Part shown: in pieces, positions 1-8,903 of the stretch
How positions within the stretch are numbered: position 1 is the first letter of the stretch
How the letters are laid out: each line of letters starts with the position of its first letter
Origin: Candidatus Parcubacteria bacterium
GTDB lineage: Bacteria; Patescibacteriota; Patescibacteriia; Patescibacteriales; UBA12075
DNA: 64,000 nucleotides
Assembly: GCA_963814275.1 (NCBI GenBank)
Contig: CAWFCE010000002.1
Location: 1,131,263 to 1,195,262 of the forward strand
Direction: 5' to 3'
The notes under the pieces: generated by a model
Told to the model about the DNA's origin: nothing
The model's database searches: none
What the model saw: the letters and a program-made list of their open reading frames with translations, nothing else
Position numbers and translations under genes: made by a program

Positions 1-615
1 GCGGTCAGGCAAATCGCTTCAGCGCAGCTTCAGGAAAAAATTTACTGGATTATTCCCCAAGATAATATTTTTTTGTTTAACCGCAACAAGCTAAGCGCCC
101 GTTTAAAAGACCAATATGCTTTCAATTCGCTGGATATCGAAAAACGTCTGCCGCATACCCTGTCGATCGCTTATAACGGCAAAGATTACGCCTTTATCCT
201 GGAAGAGGGTGGGGGAATGTATTTTACGGACAATACCGGCTATGTGATCAGCGAGGCGAACCTCCTGGAAATCGGCAACAAAGATTATCCGATAATCCAA
301 AATAATTCGAACAGCCGGATCATGGATAACCGTTCGTCACTGCCGGCCGCGGTATTCGATTACGTTGATAAACTGTTCCGTGAATTCAAAACAGCGTTTG
401 CCGATATCAAGATCGAACGCTTCGTTATAGATAATGACTTTACGACCGTAAAAACAAAGATCAGTTCCGGTCCGGAAATATACTTTAATGTCAATGCCGA
501 TGTGGCAAACCAGATTGAAAAATTTACGATCATCAAAAACGAAAAATTGAAAGACGACTGGGCCAACAAAACATATATTGACGTCCGTTTTGGCGATAGT
601 GTCTATTACCGCTAA
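1..615 (+). CDS. ftsQ: Cell division protein FtsQ/DivIB-like, N-terminus cut by window edge
   Basis: Frame 1 is open from nt 1 (listed ORF 73..615 begins at an internal TTG). POTRA-like LDIEKRLPHTLSIAY and C-terminal YIDVRFGDSVYY resemble the FtsQ family. Confidence 0.6.
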   Translation, partial: AVRQIASAQLQEKIYWIIPQDNIFLFNRNKLSARLKDQYAFNSLDIEKRLPHTLSIAYNGKDYAFILEEGGGMYFTDNTGYVISEANLLEIGNKDYPIIQNNSNSRIMDNRSSLPAAVFDYVDKLFREFKTAFADIKIERFVIDNDFTTVKTKISSGPEIYFNVNADVANQIEKFTIIKNEKLKDDWANKTYIDVRFGDSVYYR

Positions 616-779
616 AATAATATTTTATTTAATATTAGGTAAAATATTAATAATACTTTATTTAATTTGCTAATATTAAATAAAAATTCAACGGGTTGCC
701 TAAAAGCCATAACATAAATTAACAAAGATTTGGAATTAAACTTGTCGACACGGAAACGCCGTGATCGATGTCAATAACT

Positions 780-938
780 ATGGAAATGTTTTTTAAAATC
801 ATATTCGGTGTCGCAGTTTTCATGTTCTGTTTGTTAACCGTGGGGATCTTTTTGTTGATCATAAAAATATTATTTTTGTTTGCGCCGGAAATAACCCTAA
901 TGGGCATTAAAATGGTCCCGGCCGCTACCACATTCTGA
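780..938 (+). CDS. Hypothetical small membrane peptide (52 aa)
   Basis: ATG-to-TGA ORF below the 60-aa track cutoff: MEMFFKIIFGVAVFMFCLLTVGIFLLIIKILFLFAPEITLMGIKMVPAATTF. One hydrophobic helix, no SD, no homolog recognised. Confidence 0.25.
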   Translation: MEMFFKIIFGVAVFMFCLLTVGIFLLIIKILFLFAPEITLMGIKMVPAATTF

Positions 939-948
939 TTTGGTTAAT

Positions 949-976
949 ACTTCGCTTAATCTACATTATGCGAAGT
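949..976. other. dif: Candidate dif / Xer recombination site (11-6-11)
   Basis: ACTTCGCTTAA-TCTACA-TTATGCGAAGT. Arms are near-perfect inverted repeats and keep positions conserved in known dif sites. Lies 470 bp upstream of the xer gene. Confidence 0.45.
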
Positions 977-1151
977 ATTGTATAGCCTATTGCTATTACG
1001 TATAAAGTCATATGTTTACCGTCCCCTAACGGCCAATTATCCCATTTTCATCCCTACCGGCGAATAACCTGCTCCTCTTCCGCGGTCTAATTGGATTCCA
1101 CGGGATGCATCAACATTTTTTGCAATTTATTATTTGGTTTGCAAAATATTT

Positions 1152-1186
1152 AAAAAATCGATCCGATAATCCAGGATCGTTTTTTT
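1152..1186 (+). terminator. Rho-independent terminator-like hairpin with A6/T7 flanks
   Basis: CGATCC (1159-1164) / GGATCG (1174-1179) stem, 9-nt loop, T7 tail. No annotated gene upstream. Confidence 0.45.
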
Positions 1187-1449
1187 AATTTGGCCAATTC
1201 CCTATCAGGCTTATTGGCATCTTTATGGCCGGCATGATTGATCGGTTATTTTGCTTCTTCGTGGGATCAATCACTCAATATTTACATACGAACAAAAAGC
1301 GAACTTAAAGGGGGGATAACACGATTTTATCTGAATATGGCACAGGATTATTTAAATATCATAGCGGGTAGCCGCAGGCTTTATCTGCTTGCTTTTGCGC
1401 AATATTTGATACCGTTATAATACTTCGCATAATATGATATAATTGATTT

Positions 1450-2412
1450 ATGGCCAAACAAAAACCGATAATTGAATATCTGACCGATTATCTCGATTAT
1501 TGCGAGATAGAAAGGGGTTTATCGGGAAAAACCCAGGAAAGCTATTCCCGGTTTTTGAATAAATTTTTCAATTGGCTACTCGAAAACAACCTTGACAAAC
1601 TGATTCCGGCCAAGCTGACGGCGGAGCATGTCTGGAAATACAAGGTCTACTTGTCGCGGCATGTCGACCCGCGCAGCCGCGCTACGCTTAAAAAATCGAC
1701 ACAGAATTATTATTTGATCGCTTTGCGATCACTGCTGGAATTCTTTGTCGAGTGCAAAACAGATTCGCTCTCCCCCACTGCCGTCAAGCTGGCCAAAGAT
1801 AAGGGCCAAAAACAGGTTAAATTTCTGACTCTCAAACAGCTTGATGAGCTTTTATCTTCACCAAAAACCGATACTTTGATCGGCCTAAGGGACAAAGCCA
1901 TACTTGAAGTATTGTTTTCGACCGGCCTGCGTGTCGCTGAATTGGCCCGGCTGGACTCCGAACAGCTCAAGCTACCCAGCCAGCCCAAGGAGATAGAACT
2001 GTCCGTTACCGGCAAGGGCGGGCGGGTACGTACCGTATATTTTTCCGCCCGTTCCGTCAAATGGCTTAAGGCGTATATGGACAAACGCGCAGACATTGAT
2101 CAGGCCCTTTTCATCAACTATAAGCCGGGGATCGAAAAAAGCGGGCAAGACCGTCGCTTAACCACCAAATCGGTAGAAGATATCGTAAAAAAATATGTCA
2201 AAATAGCCGGTTTGCCGGTTGACGCCACACCGCATACCCTGCGCCACTCCTTCGCGACCGACCTGCTTTCCCAGGGTGCCGACATTCGCCTGGTACAGGA
2301 ATTTCTCGGCCACCAGAATATCGCCACCACCCAAATATACACGCACGTAACGAATAAACAATTAAAGGATGTCCACAAGAAGCTTCATAGCGGCAGAAAA
2401 CTAAAGGACTAA
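1450..2412 (+). CDS. xerC: Tyrosine recombinase, XerC/XerD family
   Basis: C-terminal catalytic motifs HTLRHSFATDLL and LGHQNIATTQIYTHV. N-terminal core-binding domain. 320 aa. Confidence 0.92.
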   Translation: MAKQKPIIEYLTDYLDYCEIERGLSGKTQESYSRFLNKFFNWLLENNLDKLIPAKLTAEHVWKYKVYLSRHVDPRSRATLKKSTQNYYLIALRSLLEFFVECKTDSLSPTAVKLAKDKGQKQVKFLTLKQLDELLSSPKTDTLIGLRDKAILEVLFSTGLRVAELARLDSEQLKLPSQPKEIELSVTGKGGRVRTVYFSARSVKWLKAYMDKRADIDQALFINYKPGIEKSGQDRRLTTKSVEDIVKKYVKIAGLPVDATPHTLRHSFATDLLSQGADIRLVQEFLGHQNIATTQIYTHVTNKQLKDVHKKLHSGRKLKD

Positions 2413-2495
2413 AAAATTCCTAAATCCTTATTTCTCGCGCCCACGAGGGCAAAAAAAATAATGATCCAGGAATTTTTTATTTCAATGCCTTTTTA

Positions 2496-3791
2496 TTAGG
2501 GCAAGTAAGCAAGCGGGTCGACCGGTATGCCGTTCAGACGGACTTCGAAATGCAAATGCGGTCCGGTAGTCAGGCTGCCGGCACCGTCGGTGCCCGGCAG
2601 TCCCCCGCTTTGCCCGATCGCCTGCCCCTGGACAACATAATCGTCTTCTTCGACAAAGATCTTCGATACATGGCCATATACAGTCGACAAGCCGTTGCCG
2701 TGTATCAGCATAATATAGCCATAACCGCCTTTAGAACCGTATTGCGTCCTGGCGACATATCCGGAGGCGGCCGCCTTAAGCGTGGTCCCCTGGGCGGCCC
2801 GGATATCTACGGCCGGATGCTCGAAAATATTACGGAAAGGATAATCTGGGTCATGGAAATAAGCCGTAATCGTATTTTGCGGCACCGGCCAGATAAATCC
2901 GGCGTCATTGAAATCGAGTTTGTTGCCCTCCAACTGGGCGACTTTATCCCGGGCCAGTTTTTCCATGCTGGCTATCTCGGCTGCCGCGTCTTCCTGCTCC
3001 TTTTTCGCCTGGGCCAAGAGACGCTCATAATCCCTTTCCGACTGTTTCACCTGGTCCAATACGTATACCTTGGTGTCTTTTTCCGATTCCAGCCCGCTCT
3101 TGCGTTCCGCCAGCCCTTCTTTCAAGGTTACCAATTCCGCTTTCTGCCCATCCAATAAGACCTTTTCTTTTTCCAACTGGTATTTGAGCTTCTGCAAAGC
3201 TGCGATACTATTGGCTATTTCCTCGTTCACATTTTCAAGATATTTAGACTGGCTCAAAAAATCCGACAACGAATTGTTAAGGAGTAATATCTCCAGCGTT
3301 GTAACATTATCCTGTTTATAGATCAAATTAAGCACATTGGCGATATGCCCCTGCTCCTTGGCTATCTGCTTATCCTTGTCGTCTATTTCCAGATTGGTCT
3401 TCTGGATTTCCAGGTTGGTCCGTTCGATGTCGGTTTCCGCCAATTCTATGTCCAATTCCGCCTTGGCAATCCGATTGTCGATAATGGAAACCTGGTTGCT
3501 AAGCGACGATTTTTCCTGCTGTTTCTGCGATATCTGGTCGCTGTACTGTTTTTGTTTCTGCTGTATCGTTTCGATCTCTTTCTTCTTATCGGATATCCCA
3601 TTATTTATATCCTTTATTTCACGGTTCAGCATCGACGCGCTATTGTCGTTATAATCGGTTTGGGCAATGGCCAACGGGTCTTTATAAACAAAAAAAATGC
3701 CGGCGCCGGCATAGAGTACGCTAAAAATCACCAAAAATACGACTATCTCGTCAAATTTTCGCAAAAATTTAAGCATTGGGGGTACTTTCAA
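2496..3791 (-). CDS. M23 family metallopeptidase with TM anchor and long coiled coil (EnvC-like)
   Basis: C-terminal GYGYIMLIHGNGLSTVYGH and GPHLHFEVRLNG M23 motifs, preceded by a ~250-aa K/E/Q-rich coiled coil. Confidence 0.88.
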   Translation of the reverse strand: MKVPPMLKFLRKFDEIVVFLVIFSVLYAGAGIFFVYKDPLAIAQTDYNDNSASMLNREIKDINNGISDKKKEIETIQQKQKQYSDQISQKQQEKSSLSNQVSIIDNRIAKAELDIELAETDIERTNLEIQKTNLEIDDKDKQIAKEQGHIANVLNLIYKQDNVTTLEILLLNNSLSDFLSQSKYLENVNEEIANSIAALQKLKYQLEKEKVLLDGQKAELVTLKEGLAERKSGLESEKDTKVYVLDQVKQSERDYERLLAQAKKEQEDAAAEIASMEKLARDKVAQLEGNKLDFNDAGFIWPVPQNTITAYFHDPDYPFRNIFEHPAVDIRAAQGTTLKAAASGYVARTQYGSKGGYGYIMLIHGNGLSTVYGHVSKIFVEEDDYVVQGQAIGQSGGLPGTDGAGSLTTGPHLHFEVRLNGIPVDPLAYLP

Positions 3792-3930
3792 TTTATTTCT
3801 ATTTTACCTGAGAAATCAAAATTAAACAACTTGAATTACAATTTAATTATACCATATAACAGGTAAAAATTAAAACCGAACCTTATGGTAGTCTTGTTTA
3901 TAAAATTCCGGACCATGTCCGTTGCTTCAA

Positions 3931-3995
3931 CTCTTTAAAACCCTATCTACCAAACTCTAAACAAATCCCAATCACCAAAATTATAATAATAACAC
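3931..3995. repeat. Dispersed intergenic repeat family B, copy 1
   Basis: AAACTCTAAACAAATCCCAATCACCAAAATTATAA aligns by eye at roughly 85% to 37526-37567. Related to 61095-61119. Confidence 0.6.
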
Positions 3996-4040
3996 AAATA
4001 TTGGATTTTTGAAATTATTACCCAAGAATCCTATAAACTA

Positions 4041-5513
4041 CTACTTTTTACCCATCGTTTTATGGATAGCTGTTTCAACTCGCCTCAAAGCCAATTTCTT
4101 GCCCAAAACCTCCGCGACCTCAAATGGGCCGGGACTGGCGGCTCGGCCGGTCAAAGCCACCCGCATTGGCCATAAATACTCCCCTATTTTAAGATCTTTG
4201 GCCTTGAGGTAGCTGACAACAGCATCTTCGATCGATTGGCGGGTCCAGCTTTCCTCCGGGACCTTTTCCAAAAGTTCTGTAATTGTTTCCAGACTGGGTT
4301 TAACCTGGCCAGCGGTCATTTTTTTCCACACCAGAAGCTCTCCCGGATAATCAAGCGCATCGACAAAAAAATATTCCGTTAACTCCCCTATCTCGTCAAG
4401 CCGTTTCAGTCTTTCCTGTTCCAATGCGATCACTTTGTTTATATATTCTGCCGATTGCCGGCTTTTGTCCGAAGTCCGCTTAAGGTTTTCGCGCAAAAAC
4501 GGCCCGCATGATTCCGTCAGTTCTGCCACTGATTTTTGCCGGATGTAATATCCGTTCAAATAATCAAGCTTGTCGGTATCGAATACCGCGGGACTAGTGC
4601 CGATTGAGCGATAATCGAATTCATGGGTCAATTCATCCAGGGTAAATATCTCCTTATCACCCTTGGCGTGCCATCCCAACAAAGCGCAAAAATTGACCAA
4701 CGCTTCCGGCAGATAGCCTTTGGCGCGGAAATCCTCTACCGATACGTCGCCCTGGCGCTTACTCAATTTACCGCCGGTTTTGTTGAGCGTAAGCGGCAAA
4801 TGGACGAATTTGGGCGCTTCCCAGCCGAAAGAGCGGTAAAGAAGGAGGTTCTTCGGAAAGCTGGGTATCCACTCCTCTCCCCTGATAACATGCGTAATTT
4901 CCATCAAACGGTCGTCAACTACGACGGCAAATTGATAGGTCGGAAAACCGTCTGACTTAATTAGGACGTGGTCCTCCAATTCGCCTGATTGGAATTTGAT
5001 ATCACCGCGCAACTCATCATGGGCGATCACTTCAGCTCGGAGCGGCATTTTTTGCCTGATAACGAATTTTTCACCGGCCTCAGCCCGTTTGGCCGCATCC
5101 TGGGCGTCTATGTCACGGCAGCGGCGGTCGTAGCGCGGCGGCAGTTTGCGCGCTTGTTGCTCCTCCCGCATTTTATTGAGGCGCTCCGGCGTACAGAAGC
5201 AGCGGTAGGCTTGCCCTTTGGCAACAAGCTCCGCCGCGAATTTGTTATAAATTTCCAATCTTTCCGACTGCACATACGGACCGTGTGAACCGCCGATTTG
5301 CGGTCCTTCGTCGAATTTAAGGCCGGCCCAGTCAATGATCTCGATCAGCTTACCGACCGCGCCCGGCACTTCCCTTTTCTGGTCCGTGTCTTCAATGCGC
5401 AGGATGAAACTGCCGCCCTGGGATTTGGCGGTCAAATAAGCGAAGAGGGCGGTCCTGAGGCCGCCGATATGCAAATAGCCGGTTGGACTGGGGGCAAAAC
5501 GCGTTCTTACCAT
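4041..5513 (-). CDS. gltX: Glutamate--tRNA ligase
   Basis: N-terminal RFAPSPTGYLHIGGLRTALF (HIGH motif), KLSKR motif, 490 aa. Confidence 0.95.
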   Translation of the reverse strand: MVRTRFAPSPTGYLHIGGLRTALFAYLTAKSQGGSFILRIEDTDQKREVPGAVGKLIEIIDWAGLKFDEGPQIGGSHGPYVQSERLEIYNKFAAELVAKGQAYRCFCTPERLNKMREEQQARKLPPRYDRRCRDIDAQDAAKRAEAGEKFVIRQKMPLRAEVIAHDELRGDIKFQSGELEDHVLIKSDGFPTYQFAVVVDDRLMEITHVIRGEEWIPSFPKNLLLYRSFGWEAPKFVHLPLTLNKTGGKLSKRQGDVSVEDFRAKGYLPEALVNFCALLGWHAKGDKEIFTLDELTHEFDYRSIGTSPAVFDTDKLDYLNGYYIRQKSVAELTESCGPFLRENLKRTSDKSRQSAEYINKVIALEQERLKRLDEIGELTEYFFVDALDYPGELLVWKKMTAGQVKPSLETITELLEKVPEESWTRQSIEDAVVSYLKAKDLKIGEYLWPMRVALTGRAASPGPFEVAEVLGKKLALRRVETAIHKTMGKK

Positions 5514-5517
5514 ATGA

Positions 5518-5694
5518 TTAGAAAACTAACAGATAAATATTTAAAAATATCGATAATAAAAGTATTATCGAAACGATAATTAATGCTGACCGCAGTTTTT
5601 CCGCTTTTTCGGAAATATGTTCCCTTTCTTTTTTCAGCATGATATTGGTGATGTCATTGACCAGATAGACATACTTCTTAAATTCGAATTTCAT
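5518..5694 (-). CDS. Hypothetical tail-anchored small membrane protein (58 aa)
   Basis: Internal ATG of listed ORF 5518..5946; the longer version overlaps the upstream gene. MKFEFKK...LIIVSIILLLSIFLNIYLLVF has a C-terminal TM helix. Stop is 4 nt before the gltX ATG. Confidence 0.35.
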   Translation of the reverse strand: MKFEFKKYVYLVNDITNIMLKKEREHISEKAEKLRSALIIVSIILLLSIFLNIYLLVF

Positions 5695-5743
5695 AATTTT
5701 GTCGTCCAGGCAAATCCTTGCATTCAAAAGAACTGTGCCGGGC

Positions 5744-6997
5744 TTAAATGATTTCTTTAAATTTATCCAAATACATCTCAGTCCGTTCTTTTCTGAGCGG
5801 GTGTACGCTAGCCGCCGTCTCTTCCAGCTTGGTCCATTTCCATCTGCTATGGTCCCAATAATTGATTTTAATATCCTTGTCGCTTCCTTTAAATTCGATA
5901 ATAGCCAGGGCTTGCTTCTGGCCTTTATAACCCGCGTGCTTCGCATATACCCCTCCCCGGTAATTACTGTCCGGTTTGAAAGTGTATTTGAAAAATTCCT
6001 TATCGACCGCTTTCATTTCGAATTTATCGGTGCCCAGTTCTTCCCTGATCTCCTTGGCGGCCGCTTCTTCAATGCGGCGCTTGCCAATCCCGCCCTGGGG
6101 GATCTGCCAGTGGCCTGGTTCGTCCTGCCGTTCGACCAAAAAAACATAATATACGCCATTTATCTGTTTGTAGACCAGGCAGGCAACATTTGGACGATAA
6201 AATAAAGGCAGAAAAAAACGCCATTTTATGAATATTACGGGAAAAACGGCCGCCGATCGGAATATCCTGAAAAGCCGCTTTTTCCTGTCTTCTATCCCCT
6301 TGCCCCGATGATAAAGCGCCCGCCAAAGCCATTCCAAGCAAAGTACGCGCATTAATTTCGGGGCCCGTTTCACCCTACCCGTCAGCAGATCGAAAGCTCC
6401 GCCTACGCCAATACCGATCTTGGCGGGTGAAAATCTATCTTTATTGCGATATAGGAATTTTTCCTGCCAGGGCGCTCCCAACGCGGCGAATACTATCTGC
6501 GGCTGCCATTCCCGAACTTTCTCCCACTCTAATTCCCTGCCCTCGCGATCGATGTCATATACGCGAAGCTTAAGACCCGCATACTTGGAACAAAGTAAGG
6601 CGCTAAGCTCCTTAGCGCCGGTCAACCCGCCGCGCCAATTGAATACTGCCACTCTCATATCTTTGCCGCACGCCGTACGAAGTAAATTATCAGCCAATTC
6701 GACCCCGGGGTAGCGGTGGATATGCCGGCCAAGAGCGATTCCGGCAAACCATAGCCCTCCGCCGTCCGCTACCGACAGATCGGCATGGTTCAAAATATAG
6801 AAAAACTCTTCATCTTCCCCAGCGATCAGAATAAATTCCGGGTTTACCGTAACTACCAGCCGGAAATCACGGTAACCAAAATAACCGTTCAGAATAGCGT
6901 CAGTATCATTGGGTCTGAAATTCCCTATATTTATTCCCAAAATATTGACTATCGGTTCAGATTTCATAGCGTCGGATAAGCGAATGATAAGCCCCAT
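5744..6997 (-). CDS. Fusion protein: WecG/TagA/CpsF (GT26) glycosyltransferase + Nudix hydrolase
   Basis: GT26 motifs GAPWQEKF, GVGGAFDLLTGRVKRAP and LEWLWR, then the Nudix box GGIGKRRIEEAAAKEIREELG. Alternative ATG at 6967. Confidence 0.8.
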   Translation of the reverse strand: MGLIIRLSDAMKSEPIVNILGINIGNFRPNDTDAILNGYFGYRDFRLVVTVNPEFILIAGEDEEFFYILNHADLSVADGGGLWFAGIALGRHIHRYPGVELADNLLRTACGKDMRVAVFNWRGGLTGAKELSALLCSKYAGLKLRVYDIDREGRELEWEKVREWQPQIVFAALGAPWQEKFLYRNKDRFSPAKIGIGVGGAFDLLTGRVKRAPKLMRVLCLEWLWRALYHRGKGIEDRKKRLFRIFRSAAVFPVIFIKWRFFLPLFYRPNVACLVYKQINGVYYVFLVERQDEPGHWQIPQGGIGKRRIEEAAAKEIREELGTDKFEMKAVDKEFFKYTFKPDSNYRGGVYAKHAGYKGQKQALAIIEFKGSDKDIKINYWDHSRWKWTKLEETAASVHPLRKERTEMYLDKFKEII

Positions 6998-7520
6998 TCG
7001 ATGTTAATTTCGATTCTATCAAATCGAAAGAATCAACGGTAAATTGTTGTTGCTCAATCTGAAGGGAAAGCCAATCCGAGGCAACAAAGGCCCGCCCCTT
7101 AACGCGGCCAGCCGTAATATGCGGTTTGAGAGCTTTCATATCCTTTGGTAAGAATTTCGGTTTTTCCAAATCTTCTTTAAGCATCTGCTGAAACCGAAAA
7201 ATATCTTTACCGCCGGTCTGCCGGCAGCCAACTGCCAGAACATGCGGATTAACATCATCGGGAAAACAAAATGGGCCGCTTAGCACAAAGCTGATCGGTC
7301 CGTTTTTGCTTCTATACTTATCTAGGCATTCTTCCAGTCTGTCCAGTGAATTTATAACTACGGTACCGATAAATAAAAGGGTAATATGGTATGAATCTGC
7401 CTTAACCATACGGACATTCTCGTTATTTTCGAGCGATTTTGCCTGAGTACCGATAGCTTCTTTGATATATTCGGGCAAGGATAATGCTAAAAATATACGT
7501 TTTGTTTTAATCTTAGTCAT
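6957..7520 (-). CDS. thpR: RNA 2',3'-cyclic phosphodiesterase (2'-5' RNA ligase family)
   Basis: Two HxT motifs (YHITLLFIG and KPHITAGRV). 187 aa. Confidence 0.85.
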   Translation of the reverse strand: MTKIKTKRIFLALSLPEYIKEAIGTQAKSLENNENVRMVKADSYHITLLFIGTVVINSLDRLEECLDKYRSKNGPISFVLSGPFCFPDDVNPHVLAVGCRQTGGKDIFRFQQMLKEDLEKPKFLPKDMKALKPHITAGRVKGRAFVASDWLSLQIEQQQFTVDSFDLIESKLTSNGAYHSLIRRYEI

Positions 7521-7600
7521 GTTTCTATTATATAGGAAAAGCTTGTCGGATGCAATTAATTATGATATTTTTATAATCAGATATTCGCGTTTAAGATAAT

Positions 7601-8617
7601 ATGATCAAAGCCAACTATTACAGCGGACTCGACGGACAGAAAGTGAGATGCGAGCTATGCCATCATCACTGTCTGATCGATCATGGCAATACCGGAATTT
7701 GCCGCACTCGCTTGAACAAAAAAGGGGTGCTATATTCCTTGGTTTATGGTTATCCGATCGTACAGAATATCGATCCAGTCGAAAAAAAGCCGCTATATCA
7801 TTTTTTACCCGCCAGCCAAACCTATTCGATCGGAACATTGGGCTGCAACCTAAGCTGCGCCAATTGCCAAAATTACGATATCAGCCAATTAAAGGATATT
7901 AACCGCAAACTTCACGGCAGTGATGAAGTTTCCCCCGAAAGGATAATCGACAATGCTTTGGGCGATGATTGCCGGTCAATCTCCTATACCTACAACGAAC
8001 CGACTGTTTTCGCCGAATACGCCCTGGCCATAATGAAATTAGCCCATGAAAACGGCTTAAAAAACATCTGGGTTTCCAATGGTTACATGTCTTCGGCCTG
8101 TCTAAACGATATACTGCCATATTTGGACGCGGCCAATATCGACATCAAATCTTTTGATGATGAGTTTTACCGGAATAACTGCGGGGCTTCCTTAGCCCCC
8201 ATACTGGAAAACCTCAAACGGCTGAAAGAAGAACAGGTTCATGTCGAAATTACCACCCTGCTGATACCTTCATTATCCGACGAGCCGGAAATGCTCCGCC
8301 AATTGGCCGACTTTATTGTAAGTGATTTGGATGCCGATACCCCTTGGCATCTTACCCGCTTTGCCCCGGAGATATCCTGGCAGCTGAAAGACCACCAAAC
8401 GACCGGTGAAGACCTGATTTACGAAGCGGTTGAAATCGGCAAAGATGCCGGCTTAAAGTATGTCTACGCCGGCAATCTTCCCGGCGACCAGTATGAAAAC
8501 ACATACTGCCCCAAATGCCGCGAAGTGGCCATCCGCCGTTTCGGCTACCACATCGAACGTTTCGACCTTAACGGACATTGCTCTTACTGCGACCGCAGCC
8601 TTGATATCATTGATTAG
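7601..8617 (+). CDS. amrS: AmmeMemoRadiSam-system-type radical SAM enzyme
   Basis: CNLSCANCQN (CX3CX2C) cluster, N-terminal VRCELCHHHC..GICRTR, C-terminal Cys pairs YCPKC..CSYC. Confidence 0.85.
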   Translation: MIKANYYSGLDGQKVRCELCHHHCLIDHGNTGICRTRLNKKGVLYSLVYGYPIVQNIDPVEKKPLYHFLPASQTYSIGTLGCNLSCANCQNYDISQLKDINRKLHGSDEVSPERIIDNALGDDCRSISYTYNEPTVFAEYALAIMKLAHENGLKNIWVSNGYMSSACLNDILPYLDAANIDIKSFDDEFYRNNCGASLAPILENLKRLKEEQVHVEITTLLIPSLSDEPEMLRQLADFIVSDLDADTPWHLTRFAPEISWQLKDHQTTGEDLIYEAVEIGKDAGLKYVYAGNLPGDQYENTYCPKCREVAIRRFGYHIERFDLNGHCSYCDRSLDIID

Positions 8618-8680
8618 CCTCTTATTTAGCCTATTATTTTGTATTTAAAATTAGCTAAATATCAGGCTTTTTTGTTACTC

Positions 8681-8709
8681 TTGACATAAACCGTTTATGA
8701 CGGTATATT
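8681..8709 (+). promoter_or_regulatory. Sigma-70 type promoter of clpB
   Basis: TTGACA (8681-8686), 17-nt spacer, TATATT (8704-8709). Confidence 0.65.
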
Positions 8710-8713
8710 TTAA

Positions 8714-8740
8714 TTAGCACTCTAATGTCAGGAGTGCTAA
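8714..8740 (+). promoter_or_regulatory. CIRCE operator (HrcA binding site)
   Basis: Exact consensus TTAGCACTC-N9-GAGTGCTAA, starting 5 nt after the -10 box. Confidence 0.88.
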
Positions 8741-8903
8741 CCATTGCATTCTTACACGGGTAAATTTTTCCCAAGATTAATTCTTATATTAGAAAAATAC
8801 AATAGCGAATTCATTTAATTTTAAACTATAATTTGATATAATTATAACATAATGCCCGGCGAATGAGATAAAAACCTTTTTCCCGGCCAGAATAATTAAA
8901 TAT

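Noticed and set aside
1238-1420. 60-aa TTG-initiated ORF between the terminator at 1152-1186 and xerC
   Set aside because: It has no SD or promoter logic and an implausible sequence, and it overlaps the xer promoter and arm copy. It is treated as non-coding.
5518-5946. Full 142-aa version of the minus-strand ORF
   Set aside because: Its first 84 codons overlap the Nudix C-terminus of 5744..6997 in another frame. Only the part from the internal ATG (5694) is intergenic and looks like a real tail-anchored peptide.
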